From IMG/VR virus record IMGVR_UViG_3300033067_002516, positions 1-33,366 of that record: a stretch of DNA of 33,366 nucleotides; one strand, 5' to 3'. This stretch comes from a virus (taxonomy: Duplodnaviria; Caudoviricetes). The notes under the pieces are model-generated. The model searched no databases and was not told where the DNA came from. It saw only the letters and a list, made by a program, of their open reading frames with translations. Position numbers and translations under genes: made by a program. Below, piece after piece: positions 10,658 to 19,209 of this stretch. Every line of letters starts with the position of its first letter. Within the stretch, counting starts at the first letter, position 1.

Positions 10658-11001
10658 TTTAATTTATTATTATAATCTTTTACAAATTGTTTAATTTCTG
10701 GTGTCCAATTCTTTTTTATCCATCTATCTGAACATTTTAATTTTATAGCAATTTTCTTTTGGGTTATCTTTTCTTTTGAAGACCATCCAAAAACTTCATC
10801 ATTTATTTTGTTTGTAAGATTTGATGGGTATATTGTTTTTTTTTTATTAATTTTTTTAACTGAATAATATATATTTTTTGCATAATTTATACTGATATTC
10901 AATTCTTTAGATAATATCTCAATATAATACTTATTTTTTAGACCAGGATACTTTTTTAGATTATTAAAAATACATTTTTCAAATTTATTTTCTATTTCCA
11001 T
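10654..11001 (-). CDS. HTH DNA-binding protein, stand-alone paralog of the primase C-terminus
   Basis: Likely start MEIENK at 11001; aligns by eye with the last ~160 aa of 11027..12793; HTH ITQKKIAIKLKCSDRWIKKNW. Confidence 0.75.
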   Translation of the reverse strand: MEIENKFEKCIFNNLKKYPGLKNKYYIEILSKELNISINYAKNIYYSVKKINKKKTIYPSNLTNKINDEVFGWSSKEKITQKKIAIKLKCSDRWIKKNWTPEIKQFVKDYNNKLK

Positions 11002-11026
11002 AATTTTTATTTTTTTTGTAAAGTTA

Positions 11027-12793
11027 TTATAATTTATTATTATAATCTTTAACAAGTTTTTTTATTTCTTCAGTCCAGTTCCTTTTAATTGTAATAATTG
11101 AACAATTTAATTTTTCGGCAATTTGAATTTGTGTAATCTTTCCTTGTTCTTTCCAATTTAAAATTAAATTTTTAATTTTTATATCATTTGGTAACCTGGA
11201 TGGGTATATTGTTTTTTTATTCTTGGTTATTGTTTTAGGATTTAAAATAGCAGGATTTTTATATAATAAAAAATCACTTTTAAAAAAAGTATCAATTAGT
11301 AAGATTCTTTGTCTGTATAATAAAGGCAAGGAATGTTGCACTTTGATACTTTTTTTATCTGTATTAATTTTTTTAACCAAATAATATATATTTTTCGCAT
11401 AATCTATATTGATATTCAGTTCTTTAGATAAAATCTCAATATAATCTTTATTCATTAAATCAGGATACTTTTCAAAATTATCTAAAATACATTTTTCAAA
11501 CTTATTTTCAGGACTTTGATTTTTTAGACGATTAATTTCATAGATTATTTTATATTGTATTTTATCATTACCCTTATATCCAGAATAAACATTAAATAAA
11601 TTAATAAAATTAGATGATCTAATTGATTTACATTTATCAACAATTATTTTAACTTCATTATTTTTAAAGATATTATAAGTAAAAGTGCTTAACTTATTGA
11701 TTTCAGAATCTGAAATTGGAAACATAATTGGTTTTTCACCTTTTTTTGAATCTACATACTTAAGCGTACATCTTGTTTTATTTAAAATATATAAAAAGTT
11801 ATAAATTAGGTTTTTTGTAATTTTATCTTTTTCTAAAGTATTGGTTTTTAAAAAATTAATACAAATTCCAACTATATTTTTTGTTCTTTGTAAATGTGGA
11901 AAATAGGTGTTTTCTAACAATTTTAATTTAATACAAGCAAAATGTTCATCTGGATTAGCAATAGCCATCGTTGCTAATTCATTTCTAATTTTTATTTTTG
12001 AAATTACATCCTGTTCAAAATAAACTTTTAAATCATGAATTGAATCATCATAAATTATTCCTTTTTTATATAAAATAGGCATACCGGTTATTTTATCTAC
12101 CAAAACAAACTTCTGGTCAAAATCCTTTTCAAAGTATGATTTAAACTTTTCATAAATTTCAACATCAAAAAATAATGAACTATCAAATTGATATTTATCT
12201 AAATTATAAGTAATATTATTCTTCAGTTCTTCATTGTCTTCTTCATCCAGATTAAAATTATTAAACTCCTGAACATCAGTCTTTATTAGAATATTTTCAT
12301 CAAAACTTAATGTATTTCTTCTTTTTATATCAGAACAATGTTTGTCAATTCCAATTCCTAATTCATTGTTTAAAAATTTAGCCAGGGATTTATAGGCTAC
12401 TTTATATAGAATTTGATTAGAAATAACTGAACACTTAGCTATACCTCCAATTCCTCTTCCGCCAAAAGAAGACCAGACAGAAATAATAAATGGAAATTGA
12501 AATAAATCATGTTTAATTTGTTTAATATCTTCATTGTTTGAAAAATCACAATCAAAATAAATAAGACCGGTTGGTTTATTTTTAATAAAATCAAATCCCC
12601 ATGTTATACTTTTTGAATTTAATTTTAGATCAAGATAATCTTTATCTTGTTTATTATCTATAATTCTTGCTTGAGATACATTATTTATATTATCTCCATT
12701 TCTAATTAATTCAAAAATTAAATCAATTTTCGTTGTGTTTGGATTTTCATAACCGAAACAATTTTTAAAAAAACTTACTTTTACATTTGACAT
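11027..12793 (-). CDS. BT4734-like/VirE N-terminal primase-polymerase-type replication protein with C-terminal HTH
   Basis: TGLIYFDCD, SVWSSFGGRGIGG and IDKHCSDIKRRNTLSFDENI match the VirE_N/BT4734-like AEP pattern; C-terminal HTH ITQIQIAEKLNCSIITIKRNW. Confidence 0.75.
   Translation of the reverse strand: MSNVKVSFFKNCFGYENPNTTKIDLIFELIRNGDNINNVSQARIIDNKQDKDYLDLKLNSKSITWGFDFIKNKPTGLIYFDCDFSNNEDIKQIKHDLFQFPFIISVWSSFGGRGIGGIAKCSVISNQILYKVAYKSLAKFLNNELGIGIDKHCSDIKRRNTLSFDENILIKTDVQEFNNFNLDEEDNEELKNNITYNLDKYQFDSSLFFDVEIYEKFKSYFEKDFDQKFVLVDKITGMPILYKKGIIYDDSIHDLKVYFEQDVISKIKIRNELATMAIANPDEHFACIKLKLLENTYFPHLQRTKNIVGICINFLKTNTLEKDKITKNLIYNFLYILNKTRCTLKYVDSKKGEKPIMFPISDSEINKLSTFTYNIFKNNEVKIIVDKCKSIRSSNFINLFNVYSGYKGNDKIQYKIIYEINRLKNQSPENKFEKCILDNFEKYPDLMNKDYIEILSKELNINIDYAKNIYYLVKKINTDKKSIKVQHSLPLLYRQRILLIDTFFKSDFLLYKNPAILNPKTITKNKKTIYPSRLPNDIKIKNLILNWKEQGKITQIQIAEKLNCSIITIKRNWTEEIKKLVKDYNNKL
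11281..11357. repeat. Perfect 15-bp inverted repeat inside the primase CDS (candidate origin)
   Basis: TAAAAAAAGTATCAA (11281-11295) and TTGATACTTTTTTTA (11343-11357) with a 47-bp spacer. Confidence 0.8.
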
Positions 12794-12828
12794 TTTTTTA
12801 TATTCATGACATTACTTTTTATATTTTA

Positions 12829-12908
12829 AGTCGAAGAAAGCAAGGGAATGTCTTAACCTCACTTTCTCCGACTGCCCAGGATAGTTAATTAGGCTACCTG
12901 TAAATGGC
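12829..12908 (-). promoter_or_regulatory. Structured 5' leader (two hairpins) of the primase gene
   Basis: Minus strand GCC..CAGG-TAG..CTA-T-CCTG-GGC, then AGTCGGAGAAAGTGAGG...CCTTGCTTTCTTCGACT; mismatches in the second stem are G-U pairs on the sense strand. Confidence 0.55.
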
Positions 12909-12993
12909 TTCAATAAATAGTATAAAAAATTATTTATTTAGATAAATATAAAAAATATAAATTATAAAGTCAATATATTTTTTAAATTATTTT

Positions 12994-13040
12994 ATACATA
13001 AGAAAGTTATGTATTGTTAATACATAGGAGTGTTATGTAT
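12994..13040. promoter_or_regulatory. Two tandem palindromic operators in the divergent promoter region
   Basis: ATACATAA-GAAAG-TTATGTAT (12994-13014) and ATACATAG-GAGTG-TTATGTAT (13020-13040). Confidence 0.65.
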
Positions 13041-13108
13041 TAAAATTGTACTATTTTAATAACTTATTGTATTTTTCTAATATTATTATGTTTTTTGTTT
13101 TTTCTATA

Positions 13109-13135
13109 CTATTTATTTATATATATTTGTAAAAT
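13109..13135 (+). promoter_or_regulatory. Promoter element, copy 2 of an identical 27-bp pair
   Basis: CTATTTATTTATATATATTTGTAAAAT with TAnnTTTG, 10 nt before the ATG at 13146. Confidence 0.65.
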
Positions 13136-13145
13136 AGAAATTAGA

Positions 13146-13517
13146 ATGAAAAAGAAACCTGCAAACAAAACTCAAATTAAATCCTGGATATTAAAAAATA
13201 TTAATAATCAAGAATGGAAGTCAAAATACATTGATAACCTTCAAAAGTTTGTAGACTACATTAAATTAAAAGAGGAAAATAAAAATTTTCCTTACAATAG
13301 TTGGGGAGAGAAAAAAACTTTTAACTTTTCATTAATTGAATTAAGAATTATGTGTTATAATAATAAATCAATTGATGATAATGGAGTTATAATTTGTAAA
13401 GAAATAAGCATAGATGATATAATTGATATACATTATCTTGCCGGTACTTTTAAAGTATCAAGTACAAGTAAAACAAAAGAACAAAATTCTTTTAAAAATT
13501 GGAACGGAGATTATTAA
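13146..13517 (+). CDS. Hypothetical protein
   Basis: The track ORF starts at TTG 13095 upstream of the promoter element; ATG 13146 (MKKKPANK) is more plausible. Confidence 0.6.
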   Translation: MKKKPANKTQIKSWILKNINNQEWKSKYIDNLQKFVDYIKLKEENKNFPYNSWGEKKTFNFSLIELRIMCYNNKSIDDNGVIICKEISIDDIIDIHYLAGTFKVSSTSKTKEQNSFKNWNGDY

Positions 13518-13520
13518 AAA

Positions 13521-14315
13521 ATGAAGAAAGAAATAAAAAAATACTTAAATCTAAAAAAACAATATTATTTAGAACATTCTTGGGAAGGTCATAATCAAGA
13601 TGATATTAATATAGATTTTAAAATAAAATATTTTAAAAAAAATTATAAAACAAAAACACATGTTCAAATTTCAAATTTTTATAATTCACTTTTAAACAAC
13701 CATAAAGTAATACCATTAGATTTTATTGAATTTTTAATTAATGATCCTTATATTATTTCTTTTTATTTTTATGAAGAAGTGCTATATAAGTTAATCCAAC
13801 ATCAATATATTTCTGAAAAATTCATTGAAAAATTTCAAGATAAAATTCATAGTCAGGTTATTTGGGATGAAATTAGTATTCAACAAAAACTTTCTGAAAG
13901 ATTCATTGAAAAGTTTCATGAAAGAGTTGATTGGGGTTTTATTAGTAGACACCAAAAACTTTCTGAAGAATTTATTGAAAAATTTCATGATAGAGTTAAT
14001 TGGGATGAAATTAGTATTAAACAAAAACTATCTGAAGAATTTATTATAAAATTTAAGGATAAAGTTAATTGGGGTTTTATTAGTATGAATCAAAAATTAT
14101 CTGAAAGGTTTCTTGAAAAGTTTCAAAATAAATTTGATTGGGAATGGATTACTGTAAATAAAAAAATAAAAATATCACCCAGATTTATGATTAATTTATA
14201 TAATAATTACGAACATGATCTTTTTAATATTCTTAGATATAAACATGGTTTAAAAACAGTAGCAAAAAGAATAGAATTAGAAATACCAACACTATTAATT
14301 GAATTTAAAATATAA
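13521..14315 (+). CDS. Tryptophan-repeat family protein
   Basis: About five 23-aa units of W(D/G)xISxxQKLSExFIEKFxDxV(N/D). Confidence 0.8.
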   Translation: MKKEIKKYLNLKKQYYLEHSWEGHNQDDINIDFKIKYFKKNYKTKTHVQISNFYNSLLNNHKVIPLDFIEFLINDPYIISFYFYEEVLYKLIQHQYISEKFIEKFQDKIHSQVIWDEISIQQKLSERFIEKFHERVDWGFISRHQKLSEEFIEKFHDRVNWDEISIKQKLSEEFIIKFKDKVNWGFISMNQKLSERFLEKFQNKFDWEWITVNKKIKISPRFMINLYNNYEHDLFNILRYKHGLKTVAKRIELEIPTLLIEFKI

Positions 14316-14318
14316 ACT

Positions 14319-14495
14319 ATGAACAGATTTGAAATGCGTTTAAGAAAAATTGAATTAGAAGGTCAATTAGAGAAATTAAATCAAAAACAATTTAACTTAG
14401 AAAATTTTGAGGAAGTTTATAAACACCGAGAAAATCTAAATAAACTTAAATCAGAAATAAAAGAAATTAATAAAAAATTAGAAATTACAATATAA
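14319..14495 (+). CDS. Small coiled-coil hypothetical protein (58 aa)
   Basis: MNRFEMRLRKIELEGQLEKLNQKQFNLENFEEVYKHRENLNKLKSEIKEINKKLEITI*; fills the operon gap exactly; below the track length cutoff. Confidence 0.65.
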   Translation: MNRFEMRLRKIELEGQLEKLNQKQFNLENFEEVYKHRENLNKLKSEIKEINKKLEITI

Positions 14496-14501
14496 AAAAT
14501 T

Positions 14502-14936
14502 ATGAAAATCCAAACACGAAACTTACTTATCTATTTGATTATTGGAGTTTTACCAATTTTCAATTCTTGTAAAAAAGAAGAAATAACTATTATTGATAAT
14601 TGTGTACCTGTTCAAAAAACACAAACCTATAAACACATAAAAACAAAAATAATATACAGCCCGGATTCTTCTATTATAATACCGCAAGAAACAAACGATA
14701 TATATTTTGTTATTAAAGATGGTCTTCCTTGGCGAGTAATCTATGATTTTCCAAATTATATTCCAATTGATGATATATATATTAATTACAATGATTCTAT
14801 TTTTTATCCTCCTTACCAATCAAAAACAATTATCTGGAAAAGCCATGATTCAACATTAATTAATATTGTTGTAAAAAACCCAGGTCACCCATCAATGATT
14901 GACCAAAAAAGAATAATATTTTTAGAAAGAATTTAA
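14502..14936 (+). CDS. Lipoprotein
   Basis: Signal peptide II ending FNS-C followed by KKEE, resembling the Bacteroidota lipoprotein export signal. Confidence 0.75.
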   Translation: MKIQTRNLLIYLIIGVLPIFNSCKKEEITIIDNCVPVQKTQTYKHIKTKIIYSPDSSIIIPQETNDIYFVIKDGLPWRVIYDFPNYIPIDDIYINYNDSIFYPPYQSKTIIWKSHDSTLINIVVKNPGHPSMIDQKRIIFLERI

Positions 14937-14995
14937 TTTTTTTCTTACTATTTATTAGTAGTAATTCCTAATTAATCTAATTTATTTGTTTAGTT

Positions 14996-15024
14996 AAACC
15001 CTCGATTAAAAGTCGGGGGTTTTT
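14996..15024 (+). terminator. Intrinsic terminator
   Basis: AAACCCTCGAT-taaaa-GTCGGGGGTTT followed by T residues. Confidence 0.75.
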
Positions 15025-15078
15025 CTATTTATATATAAAAGTAAATTTTTTGTATAGTTTTTTATTTATAAACTATAC

Positions 15079-16221
15079 ATGGAAAATAAAAAACTAAAAA
15101 GAAAATCTGTCAATATTGGGAATAAACCAGGTATTGTCAGAAATAGTATAGTAACTGATCCAGCCATTGGTGTTGGTTTTTCTTGTTTTTCAACCGCAGA
15201 AGAAAAGTTAGCAAATGCCAAACTTTTATTTAAGTCAGACGAAACCAGACAAATATTGGTCGGTCCAGTACTTATTCCAGGAATTGATATTTTACGTAAA
15301 GATAAAAAAACCGGTGAATATTTTTATGCTGTTTTTACTAAAGAAGATATTGTAAAACTAAATCGTCTACGCCAATTTAATAGATTAATAAACTCCTACA
15401 CTTTAGAACATGATTCAAATCAAGTGTTCGGTAAAGATGATTTTATTGATGAGCAGATGTGGATTATTCAAGACCCAAAAACTGATACAGCAATAAATTA
15501 CGGATTTACAGATTTACCTGCAGGTACATTAATGAGTGTTGTTTATGTTCAAAATAAGGATTTATACAATAAAATCAAAAATGAATTTAATGGGTTTTCT
15601 ATAGAAGCCTATTTCGATTACATAACAATTGAAGAAAAATACAATTTAAAAAATATAATAAAAATGGAAAAAAATATCTTTTCACAAATTTTAAAATTCT
15701 TATCAAAAGATTCAAATAAAGAAGATGAAAAATCAATGTTTGAAATTTACGAATTTAAACTAATAACTGGTGAAGCAGTAACAATTGATTCAGATACGAT
15801 GGAAGTTAATATAAACGGAGAAATTCCTGCAGATGGTGACTACGAATTAGAAGATGGAACAATCATCACAGTTGCAAGTGGAATTCTTGTTGACGTAAAA
15901 GCACCAGAAATGAAAACTGAGCCGGTTGAAGATAATAAGTCTGAAGAAAAAGCAGATGAAAATCTTTCAAAATTAAATTCTGAATTAATTGAAGTTCTTA
16001 AATCTGAACTTGAAAAAGTTAAAGTTGAAAACGAAAATTCAAAAACAGAATTAGAAAAATTGAAAGCAGAAAATGCTGAACTGGTTAATCAAATTGAACT
16101 GCATAAAAAAATGAAGAGAGCAGTTAAACAACCTGAAGTTTTACCTTCAAATATTACTGAATCTTCAAATAAAAACGAATATTATATAACAAAACTTTCT
16201 AAATTAATTGAAACCAAGTAA
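15079..16221 (+). CDS. XkdF-like prohead serine protease fused to scaffold-like domain
   Basis: LVGPVLIP, LEH, LPAGT and NGFSIE protease motifs; then DGDYELEDGTIITV and a coiled coil; upstream of capsid. Confidence 0.8.
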   Translation: MENKKLKRKSVNIGNKPGIVRNSIVTDPAIGVGFSCFSTAEEKLANAKLLFKSDETRQILVGPVLIPGIDILRKDKKTGEYFYAVFTKEDIVKLNRLRQFNRLINSYTLEHDSNQVFGKDDFIDEQMWIIQDPKTDTAINYGFTDLPAGTLMSVVYVQNKDLYNKIKNEFNGFSIEAYFDYITIEEKYNLKNIIKMEKNIFSQILKFLSKDSNKEDEKSMFEIYEFKLITGEAVTIDSDTMEVNINGEIPADGDYELEDGTIITVASGILVDVKAPEMKTEPVEDNKSEEKADENLSKLNSELIEVLKSELEKVKVENENSKTELEKLKAENAELVNQIELHKKMKRAVKQPEVLPSNITESSNKNEYYITKLSKLIETK

Positions 16222-16299
16222 AAATCCAACAGTATAATTTATTTATACTTTAATGGATTTAATTTATTAAATCAAAAATTAAAAAAAATATAAAATAAA

Positions 16300-17214
16300 A
16301 TGGCAATATCTTTAAGTACAAACTACGCAGGTAAAGCATCATCTTCAATGATTTCTGCTGCAATTTTCGAATCACCAACTGTAAAAGGAAATGGTGTAAC
16401 AGTTATGCCGGACATAAAATATAAAATGAATGTTCGTAAGGCTGATTGGACAAATTTGGTTCAGGCAGACGCATGTGATTATTCCAGCCAGGGTACTCTA
16501 ACCCTTTCTGAGGTAATTTTAGAACCCACAAAATTGATGACAAATCAAACGATCTGTAAATCAACACTTGAGAATTATTGGGTAGCTGACCAAATGCGTC
16601 CAGGAGCAATGAACACGGACCTTCCAAGTGATTTCACATCTTACATTATTAATTCTATGATGATGAAGATTTCTGAAGCATTGGAATTTAATATTTGGTC
16701 TGGTAACTTACCAAATGCTTATTCTGGTTCAACCACTACTGGTTATTCTTCTTTCAATGGATTTATATATACTTTGAATGCAGGAAGCCCAGCAACACAA
16801 GCAGGATTTACAATCACTGATTCTAATGTTGTAAGTGCATTAACTCTTACTTATTTGAAGGTTCCTTCTAAAGCAAGAAATCCAAGATTGACTTTCTATG
16901 TAAGTCCAAACACTGCTGCATACTACCAATTGGCACAAGCAAATAAGTCGGTTGAAACTTACACAAATGGAACTCGCTCTTTGAATTTCATGGGTTACAA
17001 TGTCCTTGCATCTCCTGGTATTCCTGATAATCACATTATCGCTGGTGACCCAGAAAACTTTTTCGTGGGAACTGACCTTTTAGGTGATGAAAACAATATC
17101 CAAACAATCGACATGACTCCTATAGATGGAAGTATGAACGTCAGAATGGTTGCTCGTTACAAATACGGTGTTCAAATCGGATACACTAATGAGGTGGCTT
17201 GGTTCCGTCCTTAA
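16300..17214 (+). CDS. Major capsid protein
   Basis: 304 aa; TNYAGK, VMPDIKYK, QADACDY and FVGTDLLGD...DGSMNVRMVARY motifs; position after protease; followed by a hairpin. Confidence 0.85.
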   Translation: MAISLSTNYAGKASSSMISAAIFESPTVKGNGVTVMPDIKYKMNVRKADWTNLVQADACDYSSQGTLTLSEVILEPTKLMTNQTICKSTLENYWVADQMRPGAMNTDLPSDFTSYIINSMMMKISEALEFNIWSGNLPNAYSGSTTTGYSSFNGFIYTLNAGSPATQAGFTITDSNVVSALTLTYLKVPSKARNPRLTFYVSPNTAAYYQLAQANKSVETYTNGTRSLNFMGYNVLASPGIPDNHIIAGDPENFFVGTDLLGDENNIQTIDMTPIDGSMNVRMVARYKYGVQIGYTNEVAWFRP

Positions 17215-17228
17215 TAAATAAACACATA

Positions 17229-17256
17229 AAGGAGGGTTTGAAACATAATCCTCCTT
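17229..17256 (+). terminator. Stem-loop after capsid (weak terminator or mRNA stabiliser)
   Basis: AAGGAGGGTT-tgaaacat-AATCCTCCTT. Confidence 0.6.
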
Positions 17257-17303
17257 ATTAAAAAAACAAAAATTTAACTCTTAAAAAATAAAAACATAAA
17301 AAC

Positions 17304-17792
17304 ATGGCTTGCTTAATTCAATCATCTATATCTAAATCTTGTGGTTACCTTGTTGGTGGTATTTCAGAAGTATATTTAACAAACTGGGAAGAAATTTCTA
17401 CTATTACTTCCGGTGCTACAACTTGGACAACTGGTGCAACCCAGGCTAAATGGTTCAAATTCGTTCCAGAAAAGAATTCTGGCGGATACATTGACGAATT
17501 GGTTATCAATTCTTCTATGAAATCAAGAAATCACTCTGTGAATTTCTCAATCAATTCTAAAAATCAAGCAGCACTTGATGCGATGGATGAACTTTCCTTA
17601 GCTACAATGATAGCTCTGGTAAAGGATAGAACTGGACAGTATGTAATTTTAGGCAAAGTGAACGGGCTTGAAGCAACTGTTGCAAGTGCGAATTCAGGTA
17701 ATAGCGAAACAGAACCAGCAGCAATTTCTGTAACCCTTGCAGGTTTACAGACTGAGGCTGCATTTGTTTACAGCGGTACAATTGTTGTTTAA
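17304..17792 (+). CDS. Major tail tube protein
   Basis: MAC....C..LVGGI.EVYL and LVKDRTGQYVILGKVNGL motifs; directly after capsid. Confidence 0.7.
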   Translation: MACLIQSSISKSCGYLVGGISEVYLTNWEEISTITSGATTWTTGATQAKWFKFVPEKNSGGYIDELVINSSMKSRNHSVNFSINSKNQAALDAMDELSLATMIALVKDRTGQYVILGKVNGLEATVASANSGNSETEPAAISVTLAGLQTEAAFVYSGTIVV

Positions 17793-17830
17793 TTAAATCT
17801 TCGTTTAATTTAAATATATAATTAGTGTTT

Positions 17831-17877
17831 AAAAAAGGGTGGTGTCATGATATACACATGATGTCACTCTTTTTTTT
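17831..17877 (+). terminator. Intrinsic terminator
   Basis: AAAAAAGGGTGGTGTCATG-atataca-CATGATGTCACTCTTTTTTTT with G-U pairs on the + strand. Confidence 0.75.
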
Positions 17878-17915
17878 GTTTAATGTTTTTTTGATTTATT
17901 ATTTATAACAATACG

Positions 17916-18539
17916 ATGGCATGTATAATTAATTCGGGTATAAATAAATGCAAAGAATATTCTCTTGGAGGAATAAAAAGATTATTTATAACAAATAAAA
18001 GTTGGATAACAGATTATTATTTTTTAACAACAGATGCTGAACTTTCAACTGTTCAAAATTTAGCAACTGGTAATGGATATATACAATGGTATGAATTTCA
18101 AATTACCAAAACTTTTTTAAATACATTTGAAAATTTAGAAGTTTCCGGTCAAAAAGAAGCCTTTATAAAAAATGTAGATGCAACTTTTTTAAAATTAGAT
18201 GCAACAAAAAGAGGAGTTTTACAACGATTAATTAATTCTCCATCTGTAATTGCAGTTCTTGATAATAATGATAAGTGGTGGATTATCGGTGAAGATACAG
18301 GATGCATCAGAAAAGAATATAAAGCCCAAACTTCAACAATTGATGGAACATCTGATTATCGAATTCTATTTGAAAGTAAAGGTAAATACCAAATGAGAAA
18401 TATAGATGCAACTTATGCTTATAATTATATTGCACTTGAACAGGTTTTTGAATGTAATTGTGAAAATTTAATTACTTACCCTCTTTATATTTCAGCGAAT
18501 TGTGAACTTTTACCTTTAGCATCATGTCCTTTATCCTAA
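17916..18539 (+). CDS. Second tail-tube-like paralog with Cys-rich C-terminal extension
   Basis: MACIINSGINKCKEYSLGGIKRLFI and VLDNNDKWWIIGEDTG parallel the previous gene; C-terminus CNC...C...C. Confidence 0.65.
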   Translation: MACIINSGINKCKEYSLGGIKRLFITNKSWITDYYFLTTDAELSTVQNLATGNGYIQWYEFQITKTFLNTFENLEVSGQKEAFIKNVDATFLKLDATKRGVLQRLINSPSVIAVLDNNDKWWIIGEDTGCIRKEYKAQTSTIDGTSDYRILFESKGKYQMRNIDATYAYNYIALEQVFECNCENLITYPLYISANCELLPLASCPLS

Positions 18540-18566
18540 TTCAAATAAAAAAATAAAAATAATAAA

Positions 18567-19178
18567 ATGGCAATACAATTAACTCAAGTAGATATAAATA
18601 CAGATTTGGTTTCAAATTTGGTTACCAAAACAAATAATCACATGGATGTGACTTCTGAAATTATTGGTCGTGTAACAGGTGACACAGGAACAAAATCCAT
18701 TAAAATAAATCAAACAAGTAATCAAGCATTAGGCAGTTATTCAATAGTCGCTGGTCAAAGTAATATTCTTAATTCATCAGCAACCAGATCAATTATGGCT
18801 GGTTCAGGTGTTTATTTAAGTGGTACAACTAATGCTATCGCAACAGGAACCAACTATACAGCATCAACAGCACATTCAAATTGTATAATTGGTAATTCAG
18901 TCGTTGCTATGAACGGTACATTTGTTTTTCAGCAAGTTGGCGCATCAAATAATGTCATGGGTCAAGCAACATTGTCTTCAGGAACAGTTACAATTCCAAA
19001 CGATTTATGGGTAAGTAATTCCACCAGTTTTGTTTTTATCCAACACCAAACCATAAGCGGAACTCCTGGATTTCTTTATGTTGATTCTGGTGCGAGTGGA
19101 GCAGGTAGTCTTGTGATAAATTCAACATCTGCATCAGATAATTCAACTATTATTTGGTGGCTTGTTAGAAAACTTTAA
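18567..19178 (+). CDS. Virion structural / short fibre protein
   Basis: S/T/G/N-rich; GQATLSSGTVTI...LVINSTSASDNSTIIWW C-terminal beta domain. Confidence 0.55.
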   Translation: MAIQLTQVDINTDLVSNLVTKTNNHMDVTSEIIGRVTGDTGTKSIKINQTSNQALGSYSIVAGQSNILNSSATRSIMAGSGVYLSGTTNAIATGTNYTASTAHSNCIIGNSVVAMNGTFVFQQVGASNNVMGQATLSSGTVTIPNDLWVSNSTSFVFIQHQTISGTPGFLYVDSGASGAGSLVINSTSASDNSTIIWWLVRKL

Positions 19179-19209
19179 TTAAATATTTTTTATAAAAAAT
19201 ATAAAATAA

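Noticed and set aside
12994-13040. Additional dif sites (CATAA...TTATG)
   Set aside because: The spacer is 5 bp instead of 6 and the arms are symmetric, which fits operators better
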